Counted from the stretch's first letter, positions 1 to 11,250 are shown. The stretch: 64,000 bases of DNA from Amphiscolops sp. MND2022 (GCA_964187785.1 OZ076409.1:10542001-10606000), one strand, 5' to 3'. Program-made: numbers and translations. The notes: generated by a model not told the origin, from the letters alone.

Positions 1-1253
1 TTTTCTATAGTACTCTTAGAAGAAACCCAACTTGACCATTGACGAACACTTCTACACTTAGAATAGCCCCCGGGCTATTATTTTCAGTTTATTCAGTAAA
101 TTTAACGATCTATAGTGAAAACCGCATGCAAAAATTCCCATTCAGTGCTGAGAAAAGTGAAAAAACGCACTGAATTTGATCAATTTTCCACAAAACCGGA
201 CTGTCTCTGAGCTAGGGTCGGGTCATCGATTCCTGAACCCTAGCCAAAAAGTGGTTGCATTTTCGTAACCACCACCAAAATTAACGTTAGTGCCGAAAAT
301 TTGGTGAACGTAACTTTCACCAAAATCGAGAAAAGTGCTCTAACGTTTCAACTTCAGAGGACTGTAAAACTACCGAAATAATCCAAAACTGAAGGACTGT
401 CGGTGCCTCGTACTTAACGGGCACATCTATTCGAGGGTTTATTCTAGTGTTACGAGTAGTGGGGCAACACGTAGATCCCATTTTTTCAACCCTACCACTT
501 TTTGAGGTGACCCTCTTAGCCAATTTGTGAAGAAAGTAGCCTAAGATTGTTTATTCTTTATGAGTGTTGTCCAAGTAAGGTCGAAACCTCAAATAAGCGT
601 CCGCGCTTTCTTTTGATGGTCTCACCGGCATTGTACACACTCATCGGCTGTAACTACAAAGTTTCGTGTCAATCCAACCGGTACTTGGTGAGAAAATAGA
701 AAAAACGTACCACTCAAAAAGCTGGGCATAGAGGGTGATTTTTCAAATTTTTCCCGAGTGATCCGAATACCTTAATTGAAAAACGAGGTTGAATTACAGT
801 TCATTTCTACCATTTGTACCAGATATTACGTTGTTTTGCAAATTTTGAGCCCGCCAGCTTTTCTCAGTAGAGCACAATCTCGAAATAAGCATGAAAATTG
901 ATGTATTTTGATGACTGAAGGTACCGAACGTCCGGATCAACCTAAATCTTGAAATAAAAACCCTAGCTTGGATTTAATTTTGCTATCGTGTAGTACACCT
1001 ACCACAAGGTCAGGTGGCCAATTTTCAAGTGTTTCCGACGATTAGACGTTGCGTTCGAGGGATCTTAGTCATTTCCAGAGAAATTTAAAAAACTCAAAAA
1101 TTGTCTAAAAACCCAATTGTTTGCGAATCAGCTACTCCGTAAGCCCCAAACGCACGGTTTCCGGCCCCACACCACGGTATCAACACGCTGTGTAAGTTTC
1201 ACGCCGGTACGACCCCTAGATCGATTTTTGACTTTTTCGAGACGTGCGAAATC

Positions 1254-4200
1254 ATGAAACCCATCAGTTTGCGTAACCTTTGGATTTCCATAACGAGAAC
1301 ATTAGGCCGCGCGAACACCCAGCGACGCTCTAATCATTCAAGAGGGGGGAGGAAGGACATCTCGCGATGCACTGAAACATCAAAGACACCAGATCCAACG
1401 GGGTGCGAGACAAACCTCAGTGCAATATCAGACTTGACCTCAGATCCCAAGGAGGAAGATTGGCCAACTGATGACAGTTTCATTATGGAACCCGATTTTT
1501 CAGACCCTATGTCAGACGACGCATCGGAGGAATATCAAGCCAAGCCGGTTGCCAAGACTACCGATGATATCGGAGGTTCAGCAGACGAAACAGGAAGTCA
1601 GGCGCACACGTCCAAATGGTTACAAGAACTCACCAAAGTAGCCGTCACGCCTTTCGGTACTGACGAAGCAGGAACATGGCCCAACTCCAACAGGACAAAC
1701 GCTGAGGAAGAAACTGAAATGAGTTGCTTGAATGCCACTGGACAACTCAAAGCTCCCAGCGTGGCCAGCGAGAGTACTGCGAACACGGCAGAGATATTGC
1801 AGCAAATGTCCTATGTCGGGGGTATGAACTATGCCAAGACACGTCTTCAAGAAGCTACAGCCCCCCGAGCATCTGGGAAGGGTAAGCAAGTACGGCCTCC
1901 AGCCTTACTAGCACAGACTGGCACTACAGGACCTCATGGCGACTCGCGCTCATCCTCACCTTCATCAAAAGCTGCATCTGCCCGATCTTCAGCATATCGA
2001 GCCGTACATGAAGCAGCGAAAGCACGCAAAGCTCTGTTAGATGCCCAGATAGGCGTGAAGCAAGCTGCTTCACAACTGTCTGAGCGTAAAGCAAGATGCG
2101 ACAGAGAGCATCAGTCAATAATGGAAGAGATAGAAGCCGTACAAACTGAACTGCGAACTTCGACTGAGCGACAAGCGCAAGGACATGAAATTCAGGCAGC
2201 TCGAATGGATGCCATGGGTTATCGAATGGCCGAAATAAAGGACATGGTGACCGAAAGAGAGGTACGCATGGAAGCTCAACTGCAAGAGGTATGTTCACAG
2301 ATACAAGCAATGGGCACCATGTTGAAAAATATCCAACCTCAACCCGCACCAGTAAGCAACACTATCAAAGAATTGCTGCAAGACACTAATATATCACTGC
2401 CAAAACCCATGAAAAGCGTCTCCCTCAAACCAAAAGAGAGTGTGACGATTTCGACAAACCCATCTGGCTCTAAACAACACTTGGCTAGGTACGCGCCCTT
2501 GCCACAAACTCTGGTCTCAAATGGAGAAGCTGCGTCAACATCGACGAAATTTATCCCATCTGCGGTATCAACAAAAAATATTCCACCCACAACCAAAACT
2601 CACAAGAAAGAACCAACATGCGAGGTGATAACTATCGACACTTCAAGCATGGGTATTAGCGACCTGCGAGAGCCCACACGCGCAAACATGCTAACCGAAG
2701 TCACTAGCACCTTCCAAACAGCAAATGCAACTTTGGGAGAATCAGCTGCAGAATTCCAAACCGCGAACGACGAATTACCCTCGGGCAACCCATGCGCTAG
2801 CAGTACTCGACGCCGAGAAGTGACTCTCCCCGAGAACACCGATGACTCTGTCAACTCAACGCGAGGCAGCAGCATCCCGCCACCAGCTATCAGCGAAGAA
2901 GCGCCTATATCACCAGAGCAACTCAGGTTTACCGAGGCAATATCTAAAGCCATGTCCAAGGAACTAGCACCGCTGATTGCTAATCGAGACCAAACTAGGG
3001 TGCGCCCTACGGTATACAAAGGCACTAAAGATGGTTCTGTCGATGGATGGCTCCCAGTGATGAAGCGATTTCTAGAAAGGGTGCATGCAAAATCCCCAAA
3101 AATCGACAGAGCCTGGGCTATCATCGACCACCTGGAAGGAGAGGCGAGAAATTATATTATCAACAAATCTGAACCTGAACGAGACGAGCCCGACAAGGTA
3201 TTCTCTCTCTTGGCCAGCAGATTTGGAACCGGTGGGAATCGCATGCACGTAAGGCAAACCTTCATGTCTCGTGTCCAACAGGAAAAAGAAGATTGGATGC
3301 AATTCCTGGACGCATTAGAAGGTCTGCGCACCCAAGGTTTCCCAGATGAGCCTATCACTACACGTCGTTATGAGATCCTGCAACGTTTTATAGATGGTGT
3401 CAATGATCCGACGCTGCGACAAGAGTTGGCCGTGGTATACGCTGCAGAGGCATATCTGACCGAACCACCAACTGTAGAATCCCTAAGGTTCACCACGAGA
3501 CAATTGCAACGGCATCGCCCAAACACGTCAAAACCTTACGACCCAAGGTATGCAATGAGATCGAGGCCTCATCCTTTCGTGCCAGGAAAATTGGTTCATC
3601 CAGCACCAGGCCTACCGCAAAACGTACTACCTCCTAACCAAGGACAACGAGAGGCTAAACCCCAAATGGCTCCACCAGCCCCTGCATCAGTAAAACAGGC
3701 TCCTGCACAACAGCAACCAGCGAGAGTGGTTCCCCAAGGAGCATGCTTCAACTGTGGGCTACCAGGTCACTTTGCAAGGGAATGCCCAAGTCGAGACCTA
3801 GCAAGGAAACCAGCGGCTCGCGCTGCACCTGAAGAGCGAGTAAACTTATGTGAGAATAATGTGGCCTCTGCATGTTCTGGCCCCGTATTCTGTGTAAATT
3901 GTGGCATGACTGAACACTCTGCATCACAATGCCAAAATGTTCCAGTACATGAGGATTTGGCCTACAGCCTCTGGGCTGAACAGCCACCTGCTTCTCAAAC
4001 AATGAGTGACAGTGAAATGGTACTTATGCTTCGTCCTGCTGAAACCGCTCATGTGGCAACGCCCCTTACCGTCACATGTGGCAAGATTCAAATCCAGACG
4101 AACCCGGAGCCAACTACTTTTGATCCCTCGGGACGCACTATCATGTCTGTCCGATTACTATTGGCGATTGAGAGGGAAACCCGCCCAGAACTCACCATAG

Positions 4201-7200
4201 ACGCCCTGATAGACGAGATAACCGCAAACGAGAATTGCCGACAATTGACCCTGCCCCAACCGGAAGAATGGCAGGTAAAAGGTGTCACTTCGACGTATCA
4301 TGCCTATTCTCCGATTCCAGTCAAAGTTTGCATAGATGGTGTTGACATGCGTTTTGGTGCCACTATCATTACTGACGCATTTCCTCCTGGAATCTGCTTG
4401 GGACCACAGGAGCTGCGCTGCTATAACATTGATGCTCAAGAACCAACTGGTGAAGCGAGAATCGATGAGCGTGCGTCGCTCGTAGTTTCATTCGTGGTTC
4501 CCGATGCTGCTCCCGTGCCATTACGTGGTCTGATAGACACTGGATCAGGAGTGTTCATCCTCACCTTCTCAGCCTACAATCGAGTCGCTGTGCGCACTGG
4601 GACACTCTTACGACCTTATGGTATTGACTTGTATGCCGCGAATGGGAAAACGATCAAAACTTTTGGTCTAGCGGAGAAAGTCAAGTTCCAATTGGGAGGC
4701 TACGAACTGGAAACTAACTTCGTGGTAGTTGACGACGCCATGGGAGTGGAAGACTTCCTCCTGGGCAGAAACTTCCTAAGAGCTTATCAAGTCTTGGTGG
4801 ATCTAACCGCGATGAAGGTCATTGTCCGAGCTCCGTCTGAACCAGTGTGGTACCATGCCCACACACAAGTAAGTAACGAATCACTCAATTCGTCGGTAGC
4901 GATTGCACAGGACGTAGTGTTGCAACCTTTTGAACGCGCAATACTACGCGCTAAACTGCTTGTAGACAACTTAGAACCTTTCATATTTCGAACCGTGCTA
5001 ATCAATTTCCAAACACCTAACCGAATGTTAAAAAACGCCATCTTTTTAGAGGACACCGTGGCGACCGTGGGGGAGACTGGCTTCCTTTACGTCAGTTTAG
5101 GAAATCTTACCAGCAACGTGCAGCGGATTAAAAAGGGCACCCTTTTAGGAACCGCGGTACCCGTAACGATGGTTCACAAAGCCATCCCCCAAATTGTCCC
5201 CGGACAATCAAGTGAAACTCAGCAGTCAAATGCAAATTATGTTTGTAAAGTTTACGAACAGATGAACCTTGACTCCTCTTCTGAATATAGTTCTTCATCT
5301 GAATTTGAGTTTTTGTCCTCTACCGAACCGTCAGAACTAGGCTTGTCCGAGCGCGAAGTAAAAAAACGAACCGATCCGGCGTTAATGGCTCCGATACCGG
5401 GCCCGGAAGCACAACTCGACGAAGTGCGCGGTTTGTGGGGATCGACCGCCAGCGACACGCTTAGTAAACTTTTGAATGAATTTGATGATTTGTTTATGAA
5501 ATTCAAAGCCGATATTGGTAAGTGTAAAATCGCCAAGCACCCGGTGGAAGTAGAGCCAGGGGCTGTACCCCACCGTGAAGGTGCAAGACGAATGTCGCCT
5601 GACAAGGCAGAACGTGCAAACCAAGAAGTCCGTGACCTGCTAGCTTTGGGAATGATACAGCCTTCTCTATCCCCTTGGGCGAGTGGAATCGTCATGGTCA
5701 AAAAGAAGAGTGGTGAATTGCGATTCTGTTGTGACTTTCGACCACTTAATGAAGTGACCATCAAAGACGCTTATCCCTTGCCACGTATCGATGAAAGTCT
5801 ATCCAGATTGGGCAAAGCCAAAATCTATACTAGTATTGATTTGGCGTGGGCATTCTGGCAAATTCCTGTCCGAAAAGCCGATCGTCAAAAGACTGCCTTC
5901 GCTTGTGAACTTGGGTTATTTGAGTGGCGGCGTATGCCTTTTGGTATGTGTAACGCATCAGCAACATTTCAACGGGCAATAGCGCGAGCGCTACAAAGAA
6001 TAGTGAACCGTGAAGGAAGTATGGTTATGGCCTACATCGATGACATTGCGATTGCTACCGAGACCATCGAGGATCACATGGGTAGACTACGCGAAGTATT
6101 CCAATGCCTGCGTGAGGCCGGGTTCAAAATGAGAGTCTCCAAGTGTGACTTCATGAAATCGGAGATCAAATATTTGGGCCGGGTAGTATCCGCAGATGGT
6201 ATCAAGCCAGATCCAAAAGCTGTCATCAAGCTGAAAGAATGGGATATCCCGCGAACCAAGACTGAATTGCAAAGTTTCTTGGGTTTTGCCAACTACTATC
6301 GAGATTTTATTCCGTGGCATGCAAAATTAGTTGCCCCTTTACACGCGATAACGGGAGGAGCCTCTTCATTTTTATGGGGGGAGGAGCAGCAGCGAGCCTT
6401 CAACAGCATCAAAGTGGCACTAATGGAAGCCACCGCTCTGGCGCAACCTGACACTGAAGGCGAATTTGTTCTCGACACGGATGCTAGTGGTGTAGCTATA
6501 TCGGGTATTCTGCACCAATGGCAAGGACCACCTGAGAGTCGCAAACTGCGACCGATTGTATTCGGAAGCAAAAAATTAACTGCTACGCAAGCAAAGTATG
6601 GAGCCCCAAAATTGGAAATGTATGCTGCATACTATTTCATCTTGAAAAACCACAGTTACCTCTGTCCACGAAAGTTCACACTGAGGGTAGATAATCAGGC
6701 CCTATCCTGGCTAAAAACATATTCGATGGATCAGGCGATTATCGGTCGATGGATTATGGCTCTTGAAAAATATCACTTCAGCATTGAGCATCGACCCAGA
6801 ACGCAACATCGAAATGCTGATGGTCTTAGCAAACGAACAAATGATTACAAAAAACACGAAAAGCAACTAAAAGGCTTACCCGCAATTGCAGACAAATGGG
6901 ATTTCCTGTCACAGGAGGAATATAACAAACTCCCGCTAGCCCCATGGTTCGACGTCCACGGACGCGTGATACCAAATCATCCAGAATTGCCTGCACACTT
7001 GCAGAGGTTGGGTAGCCAAAGTTCACCCGAGACCACAGTTGCCGCTCCCTCGCGAAAGAGCGGAGGAAGCAAACGAAATGCAACCATACGCGAGGAAGCC
7101 ATGAGAGCGCCTCTACCTACATTGCCAAAACCAGAATTGACACTGCCCGCCGAACTTTATCCAGAATATCCTGAGGATTGGTTAGAACTGACCGAGGAAT

Positions 7201-10200
7201 ATCAACGAGACTATCTACTCCCCACGCATGCTGCTAACGTACCATCAAGAACCACTTACCCACTAATGGAAAAGCAAGCAACTAGCACTGCACCAGAGCA
7301 CGTAAAACAAGCCGCGTTTGTGGTAAACAGCATATCAATGGAACTGCATGAACATGCTAACACAGTCCATGGATTGAAGGATCTACTACTAGCACAAAAC
7401 CGTGACGTCCATATATTGGCCATCAAGAAATTGGTAATGCAAGAATCAATAGATAATGACGTCTTTCCGGAAAATGTGCGCACCTTTGCCAAAAACTACC
7501 ACAAACAGAAGAAGAACCTCCTACTGATAAACGCCAACGGGATTTTGTGTGTAAAATACTCCAAAACTCAAAGAGCTTTGCATGAACGCCCCTGTATGAT
7601 AGTGATGCCACAATTGTATCAGCATGAGATACTATTCAAGGCCCACGACGCGATGGGACATCAGGGCATCGCGAAAGTCTTGGCCAGAATTCAAGAGCGC
7701 CACACTTGGCCAGGCATCCGCCGCACCATTGGACAATACGTCAGTCAATGTATCACTTGTCAACAAGTACGCGACAAGCCTGGTGATGTGCGCTTTCACT
7801 TGAAGAATATCCAAAGCGGTTATTTCAACGAGCTAGTCCAATATGACCACATGAAAATTTGTCCCTCTGATGATGGTAACACAGGGATATTGGTTATTAT
7901 CGATCATTTCTCTAAGCTCGCAGAAGCTGTGCCATGTAACCACGATGAGTACGATGCAGCAACCACTTCAAAGTTGTTGTTGCAGAAGTGGTTTGCCCGC
8001 CATGGAACGCCAACGAGGATGCAGTCAGACAATGCTCCCAATTTCACCGCGGCAGTATCTGCTGAGTTTATGAAAGCAGCCCAAGTGACCAAAGTAACCT
8101 CAACTGCTGGCCACCCCAGGACTCAAGGGTTGGTAGAACGACAAAACCGAACGCTACTCACCCTACTGCGTGTATTCTGCTCTAGACGAATGCGTGACTG
8201 GGATCAGTACCTAGATGAAGTTATGGGTGCATACAACTCCACACGTCATGCCACTACTGGATTTTCCCCGTATATGCTGACCAGAGGCATGGAAAAAGCT
8301 ATACCCCTGACTTTTTTGTATCCGGAATTTGCAACTCAGTCATTCGAATCACACGAAGCCTATGTGGAACATGTGCTGGCTCGACAACAAGAGATTCATG
8401 ACTTAGTCCGTCGCAACACGCATCAAGCCCAACAACGACAAAAATTGAAGTACGACAGAGCAATTCGTGCTAAGGCCTACGAAGTGGGCGAACCTGTTTG
8501 GGTATTCTGCCGATACATTCCTCAAAAGGGATCTCCCAAATTGATGAGAGCGTGGCGTGGTCCTCACAAGGTAGCACGAGTGCTACAAGAGGGACGTGTT
8601 TACATACTTGACACTGGGCAGAAAGTGCATTTCGAACGATTGAAACCGCATCATGGTGGTCCAACAGAATGGGCAGCTGTTCCTGCGCATAACGGCGAGG
8701 TTGCTATTATCATGGACCCTGATCCAGAACAATCCCATGAGGAGGTGAGAGACGATGCTTCACAACCTTCTTACCGTGCAGAGGAACCAATTTCGGAAGC
8801 CAGTGATGCCTCTTTGCCTTCTCGACAAAGACATTGGATGGACACACGGTTACGCACACACATGCGCGCAGGTGGCAGCCGCCTACATTATCAACAATTT
8901 GGCTACTCTTCGACTGAGTCTGACGATGAACGTTCTGATGTACTCCTATCGAGTGCTCAAACAAATCCTGACGAAAGTGTCATCTTGCCATCACAAGTAG
9001 ACGAGCCTGCGCCTATTCCCGAAATGCCAATATCACCACTACCTGCTATGGAGGCTCTATTTTCAGAGAATGAAGCAGTACCAGACGCATTAGATGTCGC
9101 CCCGAATCCTAATATCCACGTACCCACCGAAAGTGCCGCCACTTCTTTGACCGGTACATCCGCCCCATTTTTGACAAATCCATCTCTTACGGATATGTTG
9201 AGTAACTTTCCCATTTGGCCCCTAATCGATGACAATGACCTCAACCCAACCCTGGACGACGACGGTGCCGACACACCAACGACCAATAACGAAAAGGGAT
9301 CAATTCCCCCTGTAACAAATCCCATCAACAATGATGCAGCTACTACCACGAAACTCCCCAATGCTCCTAGAGGGCGTGGACCCCGGGGACGTCCGCCAGG
9401 CAGAGCAAGGCCGCGAGCCTCGCTACCACGTGGTCATCAACGGAGAGGTGCTATTAGAGGCGCTCGCAAAAGAGGCCGTCCTAGAGGTAGACCTCCTCGT
9501 ACAACGCACGCCAGACCTAACACTCCTACCCATATTCGTAACACTACATCAATGGACACTGACTCTTCTGCCCCTAGCGCGGCGGTTACCTCAGATCAGG
9601 CAGCACCACCAGAATCGACCAACGCTCATTATGGACTGCGACGCAATCGTATTCCCAGATATCGTTGCGGAACATGTGGCCTACGAAACTGCGAATGTAA
9701 CTACATGGTCCACGCGGGCTTCCCAATCAAATCCCAGGGAGTCCTACTAGCACGTGAACAGGAGAAATCACTTCCGAGCGGAATGGTTGACCGTTTGGTT
9801 ATTCGAGCCGAGAAAACCTACACTGGGCTACAACGCAGTGACACTCCATATCCCGTGGACTATATCCTATCCAAAATGAAAGATTCTACGATAGCAAAGG
9901 CTCCGTGCCCAAGGTTCAAGGAGTGGACCTATGATCTTGTTGGTTTGGAGTTCACCTTACCCATCACTGTTCCCCCTTTGCCTACAAATATTGCTTTTGG
10001 TCCTTTCAACTATGAGCGAGAGCCTATCCAAATGATACGCTGTATTCCTGCTGACCTCTTGTACGACAAATACAACGTCACAGCAAAACCAGGAGACGTT
10101 TATCAGCCTACAAGCAACTGGTGGCTACTAGTTACGGCCAAACAAGCATCCGACCTGGTTCATCCCACTAACTTGAACACCTGTCTGGAGAGTTTGCGGA

Positions 10201-11021
10201 CGATGGCCTCTCCTGATAGAATCACTTGTTTCCACACCATAGATCTATATCGTGGTAAAATTAAGTTTGAATGGTGGCTGGAACTTATTATAGCAGTTTT
10301 ATCAAATTTCTCACGAATCAGATTCCTGGACGAATGGACACACTCATTTCCTGGTCCTGTATCCCTCCAATCGGCCCTGCACGCACTGGATACATGGTCC
10401 AGGGCTAACATTGATAATCAATCATTGCCGCGATCTGTATGGCAAGATTTGGGCGCAATCAAGGGCCTCCTCCCGAATGCATGTGACGATGCTCTTTCCA
10501 AGGACCCTGGACGAGAGTTAGTGTACCATGGAGCCGCGAGACCTCAATTGGTTGACTATGTGCAGTATGCCAATACGGATTTCCTGCAGACTCCCCATCA
10601 TATCGTTTTATGTTGTCCCGCAAATCTGGAAACTAGTTCTGCCGCTCTTCGTTACGTCATTCGTGAGCATGGCGCAGATGCAATCTTTCAACTTCGACCG
10701 GAGGTTGGCAATATTGTAACGCTACCCACATCTTTGATAGACGGCCATCCTCAGACTATCCACCTTTTAATCACACGAGCTACACCTCGCTGCCCTATGC
10801 TCGCTGATATTCTCTTTGGATGTCTTGATCATTTGAAAACGTTACTCGAGCGCTTGGAGGCGATAGAAGTACACTTTGCCATCGTCGATCCTGAACGCCC
10901 AATACGTAATCTTTTTGATTTTTATGCCTGTTTGATGGACGTATTCGCCGACACCCCCCTGACCTTCGTTCTTCACGATCGCGTTTACGTATCTATTGCA
11001 AGCGTCGCTAGCTTTCCGTAA
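1254..11021 (+). CDS. Gag-Pol polyprotein (3255 aa) with long C-terminal extension
   Basis: Zn knuckles CFNCGLPGHFAREC and CVNCGMTEHSASQC. Protease LIDTGS (Asp codon 4536) and FLLGRNFL. RT RFCCDFRPLN, MPFG and YIDD (6033). RNase H LDTDASG. Integrase HDAMGH..CITC, QYDH/QSDNA/LVER and WRGPHKV. True start codon uncertain. Confidence 0.96.
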   Translation: MKPISLRNLWISITRTLGRANTQRRSNHSRGGRKDISRCTETSKTPDPTGCETNLSAISDLTSDPKEEDWPTDDSFIMEPDFSDPMSDDASEEYQAKPVAKTTDDIGGSADETGSQAHTSKWLQELTKVAVTPFGTDEAGTWPNSNRTNAEEETEMSCLNATGQLKAPSVASESTANTAEILQQMSYVGGMNYAKTRLQEATAPRASGKGKQVRPPALLAQTGTTGPHGDSRSSSPSSKAASARSSAYRAVHEAAKARKALLDAQIGVKQAASQLSERKARCDREHQSIMEEIEAVQTELRTSTERQAQGHEIQAARMDAMGYRMAEIKDMVTEREVRMEAQLQEVCSQIQAMGTMLKNIQPQPAPVSNTIKELLQDTNISLPKPMKSVSLKPKESVTISTNPSGSKQHLARYAPLPQTLVSNGEAASTSTKFIPSAVSTKNIPPTTKTHKKEPTCEVITIDTSSMGISDLREPTRANMLTEVTSTFQTANATLGESAAEFQTANDELPSGNPCASSTRRREVTLPENTDDSVNSTRGSSIPPPAISEEAPISPEQLRFTEAISKAMSKELAPLIANRDQTRVRPTVYKGTKDGSVDGWLPVMKRFLERVHAKSPKIDRAWAIIDHLEGEARNYIINKSEPERDEPDKVFSLLASRFGTGGNRMHVRQTFMSRVQQEKEDWMQFLDALEGLRTQGFPDEPITTRRYEILQRFIDGVNDPTLRQELAVVYAAEAYLTEPPTVESLRFTTRQLQRHRPNTSKPYDPRYAMRSRPHPFVPGKLVHPAPGLPQNVLPPNQGQREAKPQMAPPAPASVKQAPAQQQPARVVPQGACFNCGLPGHFARECPSRDLARKPAARAAPEERVNLCENNVASACSGPVFCVNCGMTEHSASQCQNVPVHEDLAYSLWAEQPPASQTMSDSEMVLMLRPAETAHVATPLTVTCGKIQIQTNPEPTTFDPSGRTIMSVRLLLAIERETRPELTIDALIDEITANENCRQLTLPQPEEWQVKGVTSTYHAYSPIPVKVCIDGVDMRFGATIITDAFPPGICLGPQELRCYNIDAQEPTGEARIDERASLVVSFVVPDAAPVPLRGLIDTGSGVFILTFSAYNRVAVRTGTLLRPYGIDLYAANGKTIKTFGLAEKVKFQLGGYELETNFVVVDDAMGVEDFLLGRNFLRAYQVLVDLTAMKVIVRAPSEPVWYHAHTQVSNESLNSSVAIAQDVVLQPFERAILRAKLLVDNLEPFIFRTVLINFQTPNRMLKNAIFLEDTVATVGETGFLYVSLGNLTSNVQRIKKGTLLGTAVPVTMVHKAIPQIVPGQSSETQQSNANYVCKVYEQMNLDSSSEYSSSSEFEFLSSTEPSELGLSEREVKKRTDPALMAPIPGPEAQLDEVRGLWGSTASDTLSKLLNEFDDLFMKFKADIGKCKIAKHPVEVEPGAVPHREGARRMSPDKAERANQEVRDLLALGMIQPSLSPWASGIVMVKKKSGELRFCCDFRPLNEVTIKDAYPLPRIDESLSRLGKAKIYTSIDLAWAFWQIPVRKADRQKTAFACELGLFEWRRMPFGMCNASATFQRAIARALQRIVNREGSMVMAYIDDIAIATETIEDHMGRLREVFQCLREAGFKMRVSKCDFMKSEIKYLGRVVSADGIKPDPKAVIKLKEWDIPRTKTELQSFLGFANYYRDFIPWHAKLVAPLHAITGGASSFLWGEEQQRAFNSIKVALMEATALAQPDTEGEFVLDTDASGVAISGILHQWQGPPESRKLRPIVFGSKKLTATQAKYGAPKLEMYAAYYFILKNHSYLCPRKFTLRVDNQALSWLKTYSMDQAIIGRWIMALEKYHFSIEHRPRTQHRNADGLSKRTNDYKKHEKQLKGLPAIADKWDFLSQEEYNKLPLAPWFDVHGRVIPNHPELPAHLQRLGSQSSPETTVAAPSRKSGGSKRNATIREEAMRAPLPTLPKPELTLPAELYPEYPEDWLELTEEYQRDYLLPTHAANVPSRTTYPLMEKQATSTAPEHVKQAAFVVNSISMELHEHANTVHGLKDLLLAQNRDVHILAIKKLVMQESIDNDVFPENVRTFAKNYHKQKKNLLLINANGILCVKYSKTQRALHERPCMIVMPQLYQHEILFKAHDAMGHQGIAKVLARIQERHTWPGIRRTIGQYVSQCITCQQVRDKPGDVRFHLKNIQSGYFNELVQYDHMKICPSDDGNTGILVIIDHFSKLAEAVPCNHDEYDAATTSKLLLQKWFARHGTPTRMQSDNAPNFTAAVSAEFMKAAQVTKVTSTAGHPRTQGLVERQNRTLLTLLRVFCSRRMRDWDQYLDEVMGAYNSTRHATTGFSPYMLTRGMEKAIPLTFLYPEFATQSFESHEAYVEHVLARQQEIHDLVRRNTHQAQQRQKLKYDRAIRAKAYEVGEPVWVFCRYIPQKGSPKLMRAWRGPHKVARVLQEGRVYILDTGQKVHFERLKPHHGGPTEWAAVPAHNGEVAIIMDPDPEQSHEEVRDDASQPSYRAEEPISEASDASLPSRQRHWMDTRLRTHMRAGGSRLHYQQFGYSSTESDDERSDVLLSSAQTNPDESVILPSQVDEPAPIPEMPISPLPAMEALFSENEAVPDALDVAPNPNIHVPTESAATSLTGTSAPFLTNPSLTDMLSNFPIWPLIDDNDLNPTLDDDGADTPTTNNEKGSIPPVTNPINNDAATTTKLPNAPRGRGPRGRPPGRARPRASLPRGHQRRGAIRGARKRGRPRGRPPRTTHARPNTPTHIRNTTSMDTDSSAPSAAVTSDQAAPPESTNAHYGLRRNRIPRYRCGTCGLRNCECNYMVHAGFPIKSQGVLLAREQEKSLPSGMVDRLVIRAEKTYTGLQRSDTPYPVDYILSKMKDSTIAKAPCPRFKEWTYDLVGLEFTLPITVPPLPTNIAFGPFNYEREPIQMIRCIPADLLYDKYNVTAKPGDVYQPTSNWWLLVTAKQASDLVHPTNLNTCLESLRTMASPDRITCFHTIDLYRGKIKFEWWLELIIAVLSNFSRIRFLDEWTHSFPGPVSLQSALHALDTWSRANIDNQSLPRSVWQDLGAIKGLLPNACDDALSKDPGRELVYHGAARPQLVDYVQYANTDFLQTPHHIVLCCPANLETSSAALRYVIREHGADAIFQLRPEVGNIVTLPTSLIDGHPQTIHLLITRATPRCPMLADILFGCLDHLKTLLERLEAIEVHFAIVDPERPIRNLFDFYACLMDVFADTPLTFVLHDRVYVSIASVASFP

Positions 11022-11250
11022 AACTTTCGTTTGTCCGCTTTCTTTTTTTTGTTTTTCGTTTTTTTTTGTCCGCTCGATTAAGTTTAGTGAATCGATACGA
11101 AGTTTATTTGAGACTATTACGTTATCTTTTTCTTTAATGTTAATGTGTAACATTCTATTACTTTCCCTGGTATTACCCTTAAATGACCTATGGTGTTACC
11201 CTACTATCAAGTGTGCTACAATCGACCTACGCTCTTTCAGAACTGTCGTC

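Noticed and set aside
1..1253. 5' LTR or PBS of element A
   Set aside because: No match to the 16629-17362 LTR found here; it must lie upstream of the window or be missing.
4900..5160. Active dUTPase between protease and RT
   Set aside because: The beta-rich spacer (VVLQPFE..VSLGNLT..IKKGTLLG) resembles the dUTPase-like remnant common in gypsy Pol, but catalytic motifs are not visible.
10996..11250. Hydrophobic N-terminal extension of ORF2 as an Env signal peptide
   Set aside because: Starts at TTG overlapping pol and is encoded by T-rich intergenic-looking sequence; ATG 11251 is the more plausible start.
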